A stretch of DNA of 64,000 bases from a bacterium. GTDB lineage: Bacteria > Patescibacteriota > Minisyncoccia > Phycocordibacterales > Zambryskibacteraceae. The DNA lies in assembly GCA_030650605.1 (NCBI GenBank), contig JAUSDP010000020.1, positions 13,486 through 77,485 of the forward strand, written 5' to 3'. The translations under genes were made by a program, and so were the position numbers. Positions 28,295 to 37,631 of this stretch are shown piece after piece. Positions within the stretch are counted from its first letter, which is position 1, and every line of letters starts with the position of its first letter. The notes under the pieces were generated by a model. It had not been told where the DNA came from. It saw nothing but the letters and a program-made list of their open reading frames with translations, and made no database searches.

Positions 28295-29274
28295 GCTCCT
28301 TTGTTTTTGTCTTTTTCTGCGTTCGGTTGATCATTTCCATATTGCGTCAGCATTTCTGCATACGAATCAGCAGCTGCAATCAACGCGGCATAACTAGATT
28401 GTGAATATTTCTCAACAACTGTCATGACGGTTTCAATACCGCCCTTTTTTAAATCGTTTTTGGCGGCGTCGAATTTTGCTACATTTGTAGACGCCAAATC
28501 ATCAAGTCGTCCTTTGTTAAAACGAGCAATACGCTCATATTCGGCAGAAACGATGGCGCTAGCGCGATTTAGAAGCGATTGTCGATACCCTATGGCAGCG
28601 CTTGGTGCAATAGAGCGCACATCATCTTCGCTAGAAAATGCCAACTTGTGCGTTAGCTTGAGCAGTCTGGCGATCAACTCCGCATGATCTTCTTGAAAGA
28701 AATCGAACTCTCTCACGTTGTCGATAAAACGCTGGCTTGCGTCCATAGCGGTTAATCGCATCGCAGAAATACCATCCAATGGATCATTGATTCTATGGTT
28801 CCAATCCAATGCACCAATCTCCACGGAAAACGACTTAAATTCACGCATTCCGGCAACAGCAGTCAACAACGCTATTGAATCCGATATGTCGGAACTGTTT
28901 CTGTTCTTCCACGCATCACATACCATTCCATTGAGAATATTTGCCGTCATTGCGGTTGCCCAAGGACCTTCCGCAGATACCAGTTCAGCCATCGCAGGCA
29001 AGTGTTTACCCGACGTCGTGAGCAATTCAGAAACAATCTTTTTTTTCAGTGCGTCCGACGAAGCCGTGCCTGGTTTCGCGATCACAGCTTCTAAGATCGG
29101 TTGCAAAGCCTTCAATGCTGACAATCGCTTTTTAATGTCAAGGCTTAAAAAATGATTGTCAGTCGCGGCCTTTGTGGTGGGAAGAGTCGATGAATTATCG
29201 TCACTCTTCCCTACGTCGTTTGCCGAAGAAGTAGTGTTGGCATCCATCGAATTTACAGATTGCGTGGCTTCCAT
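28291..29274 (-). CDS. hypothetical protein
   Basis: 327-aa ORF in the same operon. Confidence 0.7.
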   Translation of the reverse strand: MEATQSVNSMDANTTSSANDVGKSDDNSSTLPTTKAATDNHFLSLDIKKRLSALKALQPILEAVIAKPGTASSDALKKKIVSELLTTSGKHLPAMAELVSAEGPWATAMTANILNGMVCDAWKNRNSSDISDSIALLTAVAGMREFKSFSVEIGALDWNHRINDPLDGISAMRLTAMDASQRFIDNVREFDFFQEDHAELIARLLKLTHKLAFSSEDDVRSIAPSAAIGYRQSLLNRASAIVSAEYERIARFNKGRLDDLASTNVAKFDAAKNDLKKGGIETVMTVVEKYSQSSYAALIAAADSYAEMLTQYGNDQPNAEKDKNKGA

Positions 29275-29687
29275 TCTTTTGTCTCGCGATCGCCAAGGGG
29301 CGTTGTGAAGTATTCATAAATTTGATCTAGATTTGCTTTAACTCCATATGACAAAGGAGTGCCATCTAAAAGCAAATCTACTGAAAGTTGCGTCAACACA
29401 TATTTAAACAAAGGATGTTTATGTAGTACTTCAGCCGGCATAAAAATAGATTTTCCGAAAATTCCATTTTCATCCTCGGTGTACTGCACTTCGGATTCAA
29501 CATCAATGTTCACATTTGCATATTGACGCAAACGTGGGATTGCATAAAACGCGACCAATGGCAAAAATCCTCTAGGTGAAAACACTTCAGATACCGTTAG
29601 ATCAGTGCCATTGAGCGAAAATCTAATATTTAATTCCTCATAAATTGCCGTGAGAAAGGCTGCTGGAGAATCAATATTTAATTTCAT
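29253..29687 (-). CDS. hypothetical protein
   Basis: 144-aa ORF after a TTTACA-18-TATAAT promoter at 29691-29720. Confidence 0.65.
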   Translation of the reverse strand: MKLNIDSPAAFLTAIYEELNIRFSLNGTDLTVSEVFSPRGFLPLVAFYAIPRLRQYANVNIDVESEVQYTEDENGIFGKSIFMPAEVLHKHPLFKYVLTQLSVDLLLDGTPLSYGVKANLDQIYEYFTTPLGDRETKEWKPRNL

Positions 29688-29723
29688 ATAATTATATATC
29701 TACGAACAGTTTAATGTAAAAAA

Positions 29724-30179
29724 TTAAGGACGTGAAGACATCAATTCGTTTTCCTGATCGACTGTCATATCCTCATCCAGTTCAAGCTCAGATTTGGTTT
29801 TAAAAGTTTTTCTAGTGAAAGTGATAATTCTGTTTGAAACATTCGTCAGATATTCACTCATCGCATCCTCAACCGTAATGGGGTCGGCGAACATTCTCTC
29901 TTTTACGACCTGCACGATGTCTTTTGGAAACACATCTTCCGGAAAAACTTTATTCACGCACAAGTTGAAAGGTAACTGTGTTTCGTGGCCGTTATTGATC
30001 CAAATTTCAGCATCCAATTTAACATCCTTCTTGCCGCGTGCCATATCAATGGCGGCCTCCCTGAGCATACTTGCCGCCAGACGCGAAATAGCGCGATCCA
30101 TATTTTCATCACTTTCCAAGAGTGCCAGCTGCAGTGGATCTCGGTCACGTATTTCTGAGCTAAAGTTAGTTTGTTGCAT
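29724..30179 (-). CDS. hypothetical protein
   Basis: GGGAG RBS, 151 aa. Confidence 0.65.
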   Translation of the reverse strand: MQQTNFSSEIRDRDPLQLALLESDENMDRAISRLAASMLREAAIDMARGKKDVKLDAEIWINNGHETQLPFNLCVNKVFPEDVFPKDIVQVVKERMFADPITVEDAMSEYLTNVSNRIITFTRKTFKTKSELELDEDMTVDQENELMSSRP

Positions 30180-30369
30180 TTGTCACTCCCACAGGTGTAC
30201 GGAGCGAGCGCAACATATTTTCTTCAATATCGTCACCCAACTCCATTTCACGACGAACAACAGACGAATTTTCATTATTAACAAAAACGCGATTGAAATA
30301 CTCTTGTTGAACAGTAGTCATTGATGAGCGGAGTCTTCGAATGATTACTTGATTGATTGATACGGTCAT
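30166..30369 (-). CDS. hypothetical protein
   Basis: GGGAG RBS, 67 aa. Confidence 0.5.
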   Translation of the reverse strand: MTVSINQVIIRRLRSSMTTVQQEYFNRVFVNNENSSVVRREMELGDDIEENMLRSLRTPVGVTNATN

Positions 30370-30380
30370 ATCATCTCCCT

Positions 30381-32711
30381 TTAATGTTGGCCAGAACGCG
30401 CCGAAAAAACTTCACTATCTTCTATCTCAGAAACTTCATTTAAGTCCAGATTATTTTGATTTTCAAATGCAATACTCGCTTTTACGCAAAACGTGTTCAT
30501 CAAGTTAACTATTAGGACTCGGTCTAATGCTTTTGGATAGCGATCGTCATCTGCTGATTCATCACGATTTGCACGAACCAGAAAATCATCGATCCAACCT
30601 CGCTCTTTCATTTTTTCATAAGTCCAGGTCTCGAAACTACGAGCAAACATCTCCACTGGTGTCGCCCAATAATCTCCACGCGCTGTATCCTTTTTAACAG
30701 ATGCGAGCAGAAAATTTGTATGAAAAACAGAAGATGAAAAATAATCACGCCAAAAGAATTCCGGTTTCGGACCACACATCTTTGCTTGAACCATTTGTTC
30801 AGATAAAGTGACGATGGATGAAGCTAATGCCACTGAAAACGCAGTGTCGCCACTATTCGAAAAATGTTTAGCTAGTTCAGGCAAACTACCTTCTGACAAC
30901 GCCAAATCTATCATTTCAGCCGCATTCTCCCAACTTTGAGAATGGGAGACGCCAGTTGCTATCAACGCGCAGGCTACTTTATCTTTTAGAATCGATACTT
31001 TGTGAACTAGCGAGTTCGCGCATTTCTTTTCTGCGTCCGAATCGTCAAACTTTCGAATATAAATACGACGCATTGCCTCATCTAAAGCGTGGCAGGCATC
31101 GCCAAATTCTCTTATTGATTGTGGTGCTCTCGCATTGTGCCCTGCGGCGACAAACTCTCGTGGCATTTCCATGCTGATGTTATATATTTTTTGACGGCCA
31201 CGTCGCTGATCTTTATTAATAAAAAACTGAGACGCCATGAAACGCCCGGACTGAGAAATTTGCATATTATTTGTGCGCATAGCCACAATGGCGTGCTTTG
31301 CCAACATATAATCCAATGCATGTCCCCATTCGTGCGCAAGTGAGCCTGCACCACTCATCCGGGTGAGATGAATTACTTCGCGACCGGGTTCAAAATGTGC
31401 GGCGGCACCTGAGCGCCCTCTGGCACCAAAACTTAACGCCAATGCACCATCAAAGCCAATTTTCTTCTTCCCTATATCCATAATGGACACTAAGGCCGAA
31501 AACGCATCGTAAGCGCGATTCATCACTTCTTGGCGCTCTTGTTGCGGCAACCAATTTCCAAATTCAATAGCGCGAAATCCAAAATCTCCCATCAATTGTT
31601 CTGCTGTTACATCGAGTTGACAACGCCAATCAACCCCAACTTTTCTGACGTTTTCAAGGTGCGCTATTTTTGTACCATCCGCATCAATGTCTTCACTACT
31701 TTCTGACTTTTTCTGACGGGGAGCAACAAATTTTTCGGGAAATAGAATTGCCCATTTTTTCTCTTCTAGTTCCGTCTCATCCTCGATCTGAAAAAGATCC
31801 CGATGGCGAATTTTCTGATGGATGGGTGCGTCCACTTCGTGGTACCAACTGGAGAGCAGGCAATTGAACTGCCGGCCAAAGAGTCTTGATATATCTCGCC
31901 AGTTCCCAGTTGTTTCGATCCAATCAATATTGCCTGTTTTGGTATTTGTTTCACAGATCAATAAGTCGCATTCGCTTAGCGCTAGAAGGTATCTATCGTG
32001 GACATCTTTCGTTGTCTTCGGAAGTGGTTCAGCAAAAATGGAATTCTTTAAAACCGTCAATGTTTCAATATAAAGAAGTGCGTCTTTCGCAAATTTTGCT
32101 TCGGTTTCGTACAGTTTTTTAATATTCGAGTTGATTTTCCGACGAAGAACCCGGATTGCAAAAAGTGCCTCAGCACCGACACCGAGTGCTTTTGCATCGT
32201 CAGCAGTAACGGAAGGCCAAATATTGTCACGCATCACAGAGTTCGTTTTTTCGACTTCGGTCATGCCTTCGAGATCGGAGTAAATCAATACTTTAGAGAA
32301 AAAGTCTTTCCTTGCGCCGCCAATTTTCTCACCAAAATCCTCAATACGTTCTGCGTTTTCTGTTGTTCTAGTTCGTGTCTTTTCCCGAGATTTAGATGCC
32401 TTCTTCGTTAAAGCGTCATTCTTCTTTACCATGGCAGCATAAGCTAGAGCATCAATAAAGATCTGAGTATTTGGAATTTCTTGAATTAAGGACCTTAAAT
32501 CAACATCAATATGCGGAAACCAGCTTTTACAGTCGGATAGCGTAAAAGATGTACCAGGCTTTTTACACGTAAAGCCATTCGCAAACACATCAAAATTTTC
32601 GTTGGTAGAGAGATCTGCCCCTCTCACAAATAAGCGCGTTGGAGCATCTCTCTGCGATCCAGGGATCACAGAGAGATGTATACCAAACGCAGACAGATCA
32701 GGCCATTTCAT
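30381..32711 (-). CDS. large polyvalent protein (LPD5 + zincin-like/LPD1 domains)
   Basis: IEDFGEKIGGARKD (LPD5); FRAIEFGNW, FGARG, GSLAHEWGHALD (HExxH); YWATPVEMFARSFE (LPD1). Confidence 0.8.
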   Translation of the reverse strand: MKWPDLSAFGIHLSVIPGSQRDAPTRLFVRGADLSTNENFDVFANGFTCKKPGTSFTLSDCKSWFPHIDVDLRSLIQEIPNTQIFIDALAYAAMVKKNDALTKKASKSREKTRTRTTENAERIEDFGEKIGGARKDFFSKVLIYSDLEGMTEVEKTNSVMRDNIWPSVTADDAKALGVGAEALFAIRVLRRKINSNIKKLYETEAKFAKDALLYIETLTVLKNSIFAEPLPKTTKDVHDRYLLALSECDLLICETNTKTGNIDWIETTGNWRDISRLFGRQFNCLLSSWYHEVDAPIHQKIRHRDLFQIEDETELEEKKWAILFPEKFVAPRQKKSESSEDIDADGTKIAHLENVRKVGVDWRCQLDVTAEQLMGDFGFRAIEFGNWLPQQERQEVMNRAYDAFSALVSIMDIGKKKIGFDGALALSFGARGRSGAAAHFEPGREVIHLTRMSGAGSLAHEWGHALDYMLAKHAIVAMRTNNMQISQSGRFMASQFFINKDQRRGRQKIYNISMEMPREFVAAGHNARAPQSIREFGDACHALDEAMRRIYIRKFDDSDAEKKCANSLVHKVSILKDKVACALIATGVSHSQSWENAAEMIDLALSEGSLPELAKHFSNSGDTAFSVALASSIVTLSEQMVQAKMCGPKPEFFWRDYFSSSVFHTNFLLASVKKDTARGDYWATPVEMFARSFETWTYEKMKERGWIDDFLVRANRDESADDDRYPKALDRVLIVNLMNTFCVKASIAFENQNNLDLNEVSEIEDSEVFSARSGQH

Positions 32712-32722
32712 GTTACTTAAAG

Positions 32723-33052
32723 CTATCCGCGAGGAGCAAAAGAATTTTCATGCTCGGTACTAATTAGGATGTTTTCCTTGACGGAAGTACCAGGCATAAA
32801 TGCCGCCATATCATCAGCAGAAGCCTGTTGCTGAAACATTTTTTCTGCTTTATCCAAAAAACCATTAATAGATTTCGCTGCAGTTTCGTAGTTTTCGGCA
32901 CATTGCTCGGCCAAGCCAGTGCTTACTGGTATTCCAAGACGACTGCCTACCAACACGATATCGTGCAAGTCTTTACCAGCTCCGCGAAATTTACCGATAC
33001 CATTCGCGATTTTTAGCGCTTCATTCATCATCATAACAACTCCTCTTCTCAC
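32723..33052 (-). CDS. hypothetical protein
   Basis: About 100 aa; AGGAG RBS favours a start at MMMNEA. Confidence 0.6.
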   Translation of the reverse strand: MRRGVVMMMNEALKIANGIGKFRGAGKDLHDIVLVGSRLGIPVSTGLAEQCAENYETAAKSINGFLDKAEKMFQQQASADDMAAFMPGTSVKENILISTEHENSFAPRG

Positions 33053-33055
33053 ATT

Positions 33056-33709
33056 TTACGACTGAATATTTTTACATTTTGGATATGCGTTACAACCCAA
33101 AAAGGTTTTATTGTTCTTGCTACTTAAGCGGGTTTCCATCTTTCCTTCGCCGCATTTGGAACAGGTTTCGCCATGACCTGGCAATGAATCAAACTGAGGG
33201 CGTTCTTTTTTAGCGTACCCTCCTTTTTCGCGCTTACTTTGAATGTGAGTACCATCAATTTCAAGCATGAGGGCGCGATCCACTACTTGCTGAACATATT
33301 TTTCAATTCCACTCATAAACGCTACAGGAGTCGTTTTTCCTTCTGCCACATTTTGCAATCCAAATTCCAATAAGGCGGTTCGCCCTGGATCCCCTAGGCC
33401 CTCATCAATAAAAGAATCCAACTCGATTGCCAATGGTGAGGCATCCAAATATTTTCCATCGCGAAGAACCAAACCATCCGCAACGACTTTTTCAATCACG
33501 TCAGGTCTGGTTCTTTCCGTACCCAAACCTTTTGTCTTCATTAAAATTGATCGCATCCGATCATCAGTGACGAATTTATGGACGCCAACCATGTCATCCA
33601 ATAGCGTCGCATCGGTATATCTTGAAGGCGGAGCGGTCTTTCTTGCATCTACCCGACCACCACGAACCGATACCTGTTGGCCGGCCTGAAATGGAAGTTG
33701 AGTGGCCAC
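33056..33709 (-). CDS. topB: DNA topoisomerase III, C-terminal part with Zn ribbon
   Basis: KTAPPSRYTDATLLDDM, GLGTERTR, TALLEFGLQNVAEG, CSKC...FLGCNAYPKC; GGAG RBS plus GTG start. Confidence 0.85.
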   Translation of the reverse strand: MATQLPFQAGQQVSVRGGRVDARKTAPPSRYTDATLLDDMVGVHKFVTDDRMRSILMKTKGLGTERTRPDVIEKVVADGLVLRDGKYLDASPLAIELDSFIDEGLGDPGRTALLEFGLQNVAEGKTTPVAFMSGIEKYVQQVVDRALMLEIDGTHIQSKREKGGYAKKERPQFDSLPGHGETCSKCGEGKMETRLSSKNNKTFLGCNAYPKCKNIQS

Positions 33710-33883
33710 CTATTCAATCTCCGTACTTTTTTCAGGCTTTATCCTAGCGAAGTCGTATTTCACCAGATCAGGCGCTATTGACTCAACAAGGCTTTCTTGA
33801 TCAACCTCGGCAGTGCGAACATCTTGTTCGCCGTCAGCTCCAAAAACCAATGTTTTGTCGCTATTGGACGGTGTTATTGACAT
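33710..33883 (-). CDS. small hypothetical protein, in frame with the topB C-terminal part
   Basis: AAGGA RBS; 57 aa ending KPEKSTEIE*, with the TAG directly abutting the GTG of topB-C. Confidence 0.45.
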   Translation of the reverse strand: MSITPSNSDKTLVFGADGEQDVRTAEVDQESLVESIAPDLVKYDFARIKPEKSTEIE

Positions 33884-33892
33884 AGTTATTCC

Positions 33893-34198
33893 TTAATGTG
33901 GATGGCTGTTTCTGGTTAGCTCGTCTCGTTGAACAAGTGCATTTTCAAATACTAAAACTTCGTTTTTCAATTTCTGAACAAAATGTTCTAGCCGGTTATC
34001 CTCGCTGAGCAAAAACAAAGAGAACCGTTCCAAACCTTTACGATCGGTTCTAATACCAATGTCTTCTTGATCTAATAGCTCCGATGCCTTCGATAAGAGA
34101 ATGCACTCATCTTCATCTGGCAAACGTTGCCGGAAATAGTTTTCCGCCGCCTGCTCAGAATGATAACGTTCCAAATCTTCGTATTGAATTTCATTCAT
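33893..34198 (-). CDS. hypothetical protein
   Basis: ATGA overlap with ardC. Confidence 0.6.
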   Translation of the reverse strand: MNEIQYEDLERYHSEQAAENYFRQRLPDEDECILLSKASELLDQEDIGIRTDRKGLERFSLFLLSEDNRLEHFVQKLKNEVLVFENALVQRDELTRNSHPH

Positions 34199-35175
34199 TT
34201 TGGGCTTATGGAAAACGTTTCTTCCTCATCCATTAGAGAAGAAATGCTGTCAAAATCAAAAGTAAAGTCGCTGAGATCAATTTCATTCATAGGAACGTAA
34301 TCGGGGTTATTTGTGAACTGCATCAAATAATCACTCGATTTTTCTGCCTCGGCCGCAGCTCTGAAGAAAACGTTTTTATCATTGTCGATCGCTTCCATCC
34401 AATCGCCGATATAACTTACGTGCTTATCGAGCTTATAAGAAACGCCAAAATCTGAGCATAAATAGACCGAAGTCAATTCTGCGACAAGTTCTTCTGCTGC
34501 ATAAGTTTTCATGTCACGATCCATGCGACCAGACGCCTTCGTCCAGTGAGCCATTTCATGTAGTAGGGTCGCGTAATATCCTTCCGTGTCATGAAATGAT
34601 TCTTTGGCTGGCATAGAAATCAAATCTTGACTCGGTATGTAACATGGGACATCTCTCATTCCAAACTCAAGGACGGCGCCAGATGCAGCGACCATCGCTT
34701 CAATTGCGTCATTTGAATGAATCTTAAGATCTGGAACGATAACCTCGGGCATGGAGGTCATTTGTTGAGCATTAAATACAGTGGCGTAAAAAGGACAAGG
34801 GCGATCGAGCTTCTTGTTTACGTAAACTGGCTTACCGGTTGCGGGATCGGTCTCATCAGTTTTGACACTTTTAGTGAACGACCAATATTCAATTGTTGTC
34901 CCCTTCTCTCCCTTTTTAACACTCACTTCAAGTTTTTTGGCTTGGTTGAAAGTCATCCAGCGAGAGTCGGTATAACCTCGCGCTAGAGCGACCATACCGA
35001 GCACAACTCGATTCCCTCCACGATAGCGCTTTCCGGTCGTCGGATTGAGTGGAGACATAACTGAAACAGCGCGTGCAGATGAAACGCTCCAATCCGGTTC
35101 CCAAGGCTTAAAGCCTAGGCTCAATTGATTAACAATTTCCTTGGAAAGGTTTTCGCGCAACTCTTTTGACATCAC
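34195..35175 (-). CDS. ardC: ArdC-family antirestriction protein (ssDNA-binding + zincin domain)
   Basis: PW..W, NPTTGKRYRGGN, RWMTFNQA, VKKGEKG, VFNAQQ, TLLHEMAHWT and YAAEELVAEL motifs. Confidence 0.92.
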   Translation of the reverse strand: MMSKELRENLSKEIVNQLSLGFKPWEPDWSVSSARAVSVMSPLNPTTGKRYRGGNRVVLGMVALARGYTDSRWMTFNQAKKLEVSVKKGEKGTTIEYWSFTKSVKTDETDPATGKPVYVNKKLDRPCPFYATVFNAQQMTSMPEVIVPDLKIHSNDAIEAMVAASGAVLEFGMRDVPCYIPSQDLISMPAKESFHDTEGYYATLLHEMAHWTKASGRMDRDMKTYAAEELVAELTSVYLCSDFGVSYKLDKHVSYIGDWMEAIDNDKNVFFRAAAEAEKSSDYLMQFTNNPDYVPMNEIDLSDFTFDFDSISSLMDEEETFSISPK

Positions 35176-35383
35176 ATCCTCTGTTTATTAATTTCGTATA
35201 TGTAATATTACACGGAAATTATAATAAAAGGAATTATGAAACGATACAAAATTAATTGGCGTACTAGCTACTCTACGAAATTCTATGGTGATTTTTTGTT
35301 TGGTTGCCGCTTCTCAAAAATTAATGCCTCACGGCCAATATAGCGAGATCGAGTTCCTACCTGCCGGCACCTTTAACTTCTTT

Positions 35384-35717
35384 TTCTCACCCCTGCACGC
35401 AGGGTATAACCATCCGAGCAACGTGTTGGTGGCACACGATCACTTCTCAACCCTGCACGCAGGGGGGATAACATGGCTGTCGGTGCTGGCGTCGTCATGT
35501 TTAATTTCTCACCCCTGCACGCAGGGGGGTAACAAACCGGTGTGGCACAACTCTTTACGTCTTCCATTCTCACCTCCGCACGCAGGGGGATAACAAGGTT
35601 AGTACAGTCGGTTGGTTTTCTGCCCTATTCTCACCCCTGCATGCAGGGGGATAACAGCATTGCAAATTGCCGGAGGATCGCCGGACCCGTTCTCACCCCT
35701 GCACGCAGGGGGATAAC
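35384..35717 (-). CRISPR. CRISPR array, 6 repeats and 5 spacers (33-34 nt)
   Basis: Repeats at 35384-35410, 35444-35472, 35506-35533, 35567-35594, 35628-35655 and 35690-35717; minus-strand consensus GTTATCCCCCTGCGTGCAGGGGTGAGAA with a CCCCTGC/GCAGGGG hairpin (I-E / IV-A like). Confidence 0.97.
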
Positions 35718-35780
35718 TCTCATTATAACCTGATGATTTTAATCAATAATTTTGATGTCTTCACTTGTGCCAAGTTTTAC
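35718..35780 (-). promoter_or_regulatory. CRISPR leader, I-E-like, with IHF-like site
   Basis: Minus strand AAAACTTGG...AATCATCAGGTTATAATGAGA then repeat; AATCATCAGGTTA (35726-35738) is one mismatch from WATCAANNNNTTR; overlaps the cas2 3' end. Confidence 0.7.
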
Positions 35781-36068
35781 ATTACTATTTACGGTTAAAT
35801 ATTTTATTAGTTGTAGTCCGTGATTATCACAAACCTGTCTCGCATTTTGACCATGACTTGCAACAATAAAACCTGTTTCTGTTTTGGCAGCAAAAATGCA
35901 AATTGCCGAACATTCCGTATTTTTGATTTCATCCCAAATTTGCTTTGTTTTTCGTGAAGATAATTTCCAAACAAAAGTGCCTGGCCGAATCTCCAACATT
36001 ATCCGTTGCAGGTAACCAGTTAAACTTTTAGGGGCCTTTTTTATGTCCAAAACAACTAAACTAGTCAT
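35739..36068 (-). CDS. cas2: Cas2, type I-E family
   Basis: VVLDIKKAPKSLTGYLQRIMLEIRPGTFV...W...ETGF...G...RQVCDNHGLQL matches the Cas2e pattern. Confidence 0.9.
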   Translation of the reverse strand: MTSLVVLDIKKAPKSLTGYLQRIMLEIRPGTFVWKLSSRKTKQIWDEIKNTECSAICIFAAKTETGFIVASHGQNARQVCDNHGLQLIKYLTVNSNVKLGTSEDIKIID

Positions 36069-36889
36069 TTATCAGACCTCATTAAATGTTCGATAATATT
36101 AATAATTTTTGAAGCAGTGTTATCTCGCCTAAAGACATCTCTACACAACACTCGAATTCCAGATTCATTTACATTTATATTAGTTGAATATAATTCGATC
36201 GCAGCAGGAACAATTGTCTTAAATTTAATCGTGTCAGCAATATCAAATACAAATGATCGTGGATCGCCAGAATGAATGAACCCAATCGCCGGTGAATATC
36301 CAAGTGCAAGAATCGCAGCTTCGACCAATCCATAAAGCGCAGCGTTTGCTGTACTTATTGCGCGATTTAACGGATCTGACAACGAAGAACGTTGATCTCT
36401 TCCTAGCCATTTAACATTGTATCTTGCAGAAATTTCACGATACAAATCATAAACTTTTGCACCTTCGATCCCACGCAGTTGATCAATACTTCTTCCAGCT
36501 GGAGGTTCAACATCAAACATCTCCCGATAAATATTTCTCGCCATCTCCAAACGTCGCGATGGATCTAAATGAATGGAAGCTTGATGTAACAATTTTTGCG
36601 CTACAGCCCCACCTGGATTGCCAGCCGAATAACATCTAACTCCTGCCTCACCAATCCAAAGTATTAAACATCCCGATTCGGCACATGCCTTGACTGCGGC
36701 ATGTGTAACAACAGTCCCAGGTTCAATACAGATAACGCTTGTTGCACCGACAGGAAAATGTATTTTGCTATCGCCTTGTCGTAAAACGACCGCGTGCCCA
36801 TCAAGTTCAAGCACACCATATTCTGCATAAATAAAAGTTACCCGATCCACGATAGGGATCGGGTAATCTATCAACGAACGTCCACTCAA
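36065..36889 (-). CDS. cas1: Cas1, type I-E family
   Basis: DRVTFIYAEYG, EPGTVVTHAAV, WIGEAGVR, QLRGIEG (E), GFIHSG (H) and FDIAD (D); catalytic residues intact. Confidence 0.95.
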   Translation of the reverse strand: MSGRSLIDYPIPIVDRVTFIYAEYGVLELDGHAVVLRQGDSKIHFPVGATSVICIEPGTVVTHAAVKACAESGCLILWIGEAGVRCYSAGNPGGAVAQKLLHQASIHLDPSRRLEMARNIYREMFDVEPPAGRSIDQLRGIEGAKVYDLYREISARYNVKWLGRDQRSSLSDPLNRAISTANAALYGLVEAAILALGYSPAIGFIHSGDPRSFVFDIADTIKFKTIVPAAIELYSTNINVNESGIRVLCRDVFRRDNTASKIINIIEHLMRSDK

Positions 36890-37602
36890 GCGATTAATTC
36901 CTTGGACATTACCCGATCAGTTTTTCTCCAATACGGCGGCCGGATACACGCCTGAACAGTGGCATAGGAAAATCCTGCTTTACCTGGCTCATCCAAAGGC
37001 AATACACGTAAGCGCCAATCATCTTCACGGTCATGTGATGACACATCAATGCTTGCTACACGACCGTAACCATTGCGTCCGACTTTGCCAATGTATTTAA
37101 TATGCTGAGTGAGATAATACTCAATGGCGTCAATGTCTCCAACGCCATACGCCGTAATATCACGGACCCAACGGCTTGCAGTCAACCATTGATAACCACG
37201 TTGTTGACCGCTAGCGGTTTTAATCCCAAACGTTTCAGGATCAATACCTCGCACGTTCCCATTTTTCAGAAAGCCTGAAACCCACACACCATCGGGCGTA
37301 TCTTCTGTATACAAATCCTTGAAGTACATCTCCGGATCAGATTTACGAATTTGATTCGACAGCATGATGTCACTCGATGCGGCCACAATCAATTTTGACG
37401 TTTTCCACACCCAGTCCTTGCCATCGGTGCGTGCAAGAAAATCTGACATATGCTGATCGGTCTTGGCCCAGCAATCATCCTCGCCAGCACGCTCCATTTC
37501 CTGCACGCTTGCATAGGCCAGAAGAGCATCCAGATGAATCGGATATTCCGAATCCATAAAAAGCGGCGAAGCAAGAGTGATCTTAACTTTAAAAGGCTGC
37601 AT
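36886..37602 (-). CDS. csf3: type IV-A Csf3 (Cas5)
   Basis: PIHLDALLAYA, WVWKTS, IGKVGRNGYGRV G-loop and RPPYW. Confidence 0.9.
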   Translation of the reverse strand: MQPFKVKITLASPLFMDSEYPIHLDALLAYASVQEMERAGEDDCWAKTDQHMSDFLARTDGKDWVWKTSKLIVAASSDIMLSNQIRKSDPEMYFKDLYTEDTPDGVWVSGFLKNGNVRGIDPETFGIKTASGQQRGYQWLTASRWVRDITAYGVGDIDAIEYYLTQHIKYIGKVGRNGYGRVASIDVSSHDREDDWRLRVLPLDEPGKAGFSYATVQACIRPPYWRKTDRVMSKELIA

Positions 37603-37631
37603 AAAAATGCTCCTGATTGAGGTGTTGATTT

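Noticed and set aside
35323-35383. Possible sixth spacer plus seventh degenerate repeat
   Set aside because: Only GTGAG resembles the repeat and there is no hairpin; too weak to count
35285-35733. ORFs overlapping the array (35285..35593, 35373..35573, 35542..35733)
   Set aside because: Artefacts of repeat translation
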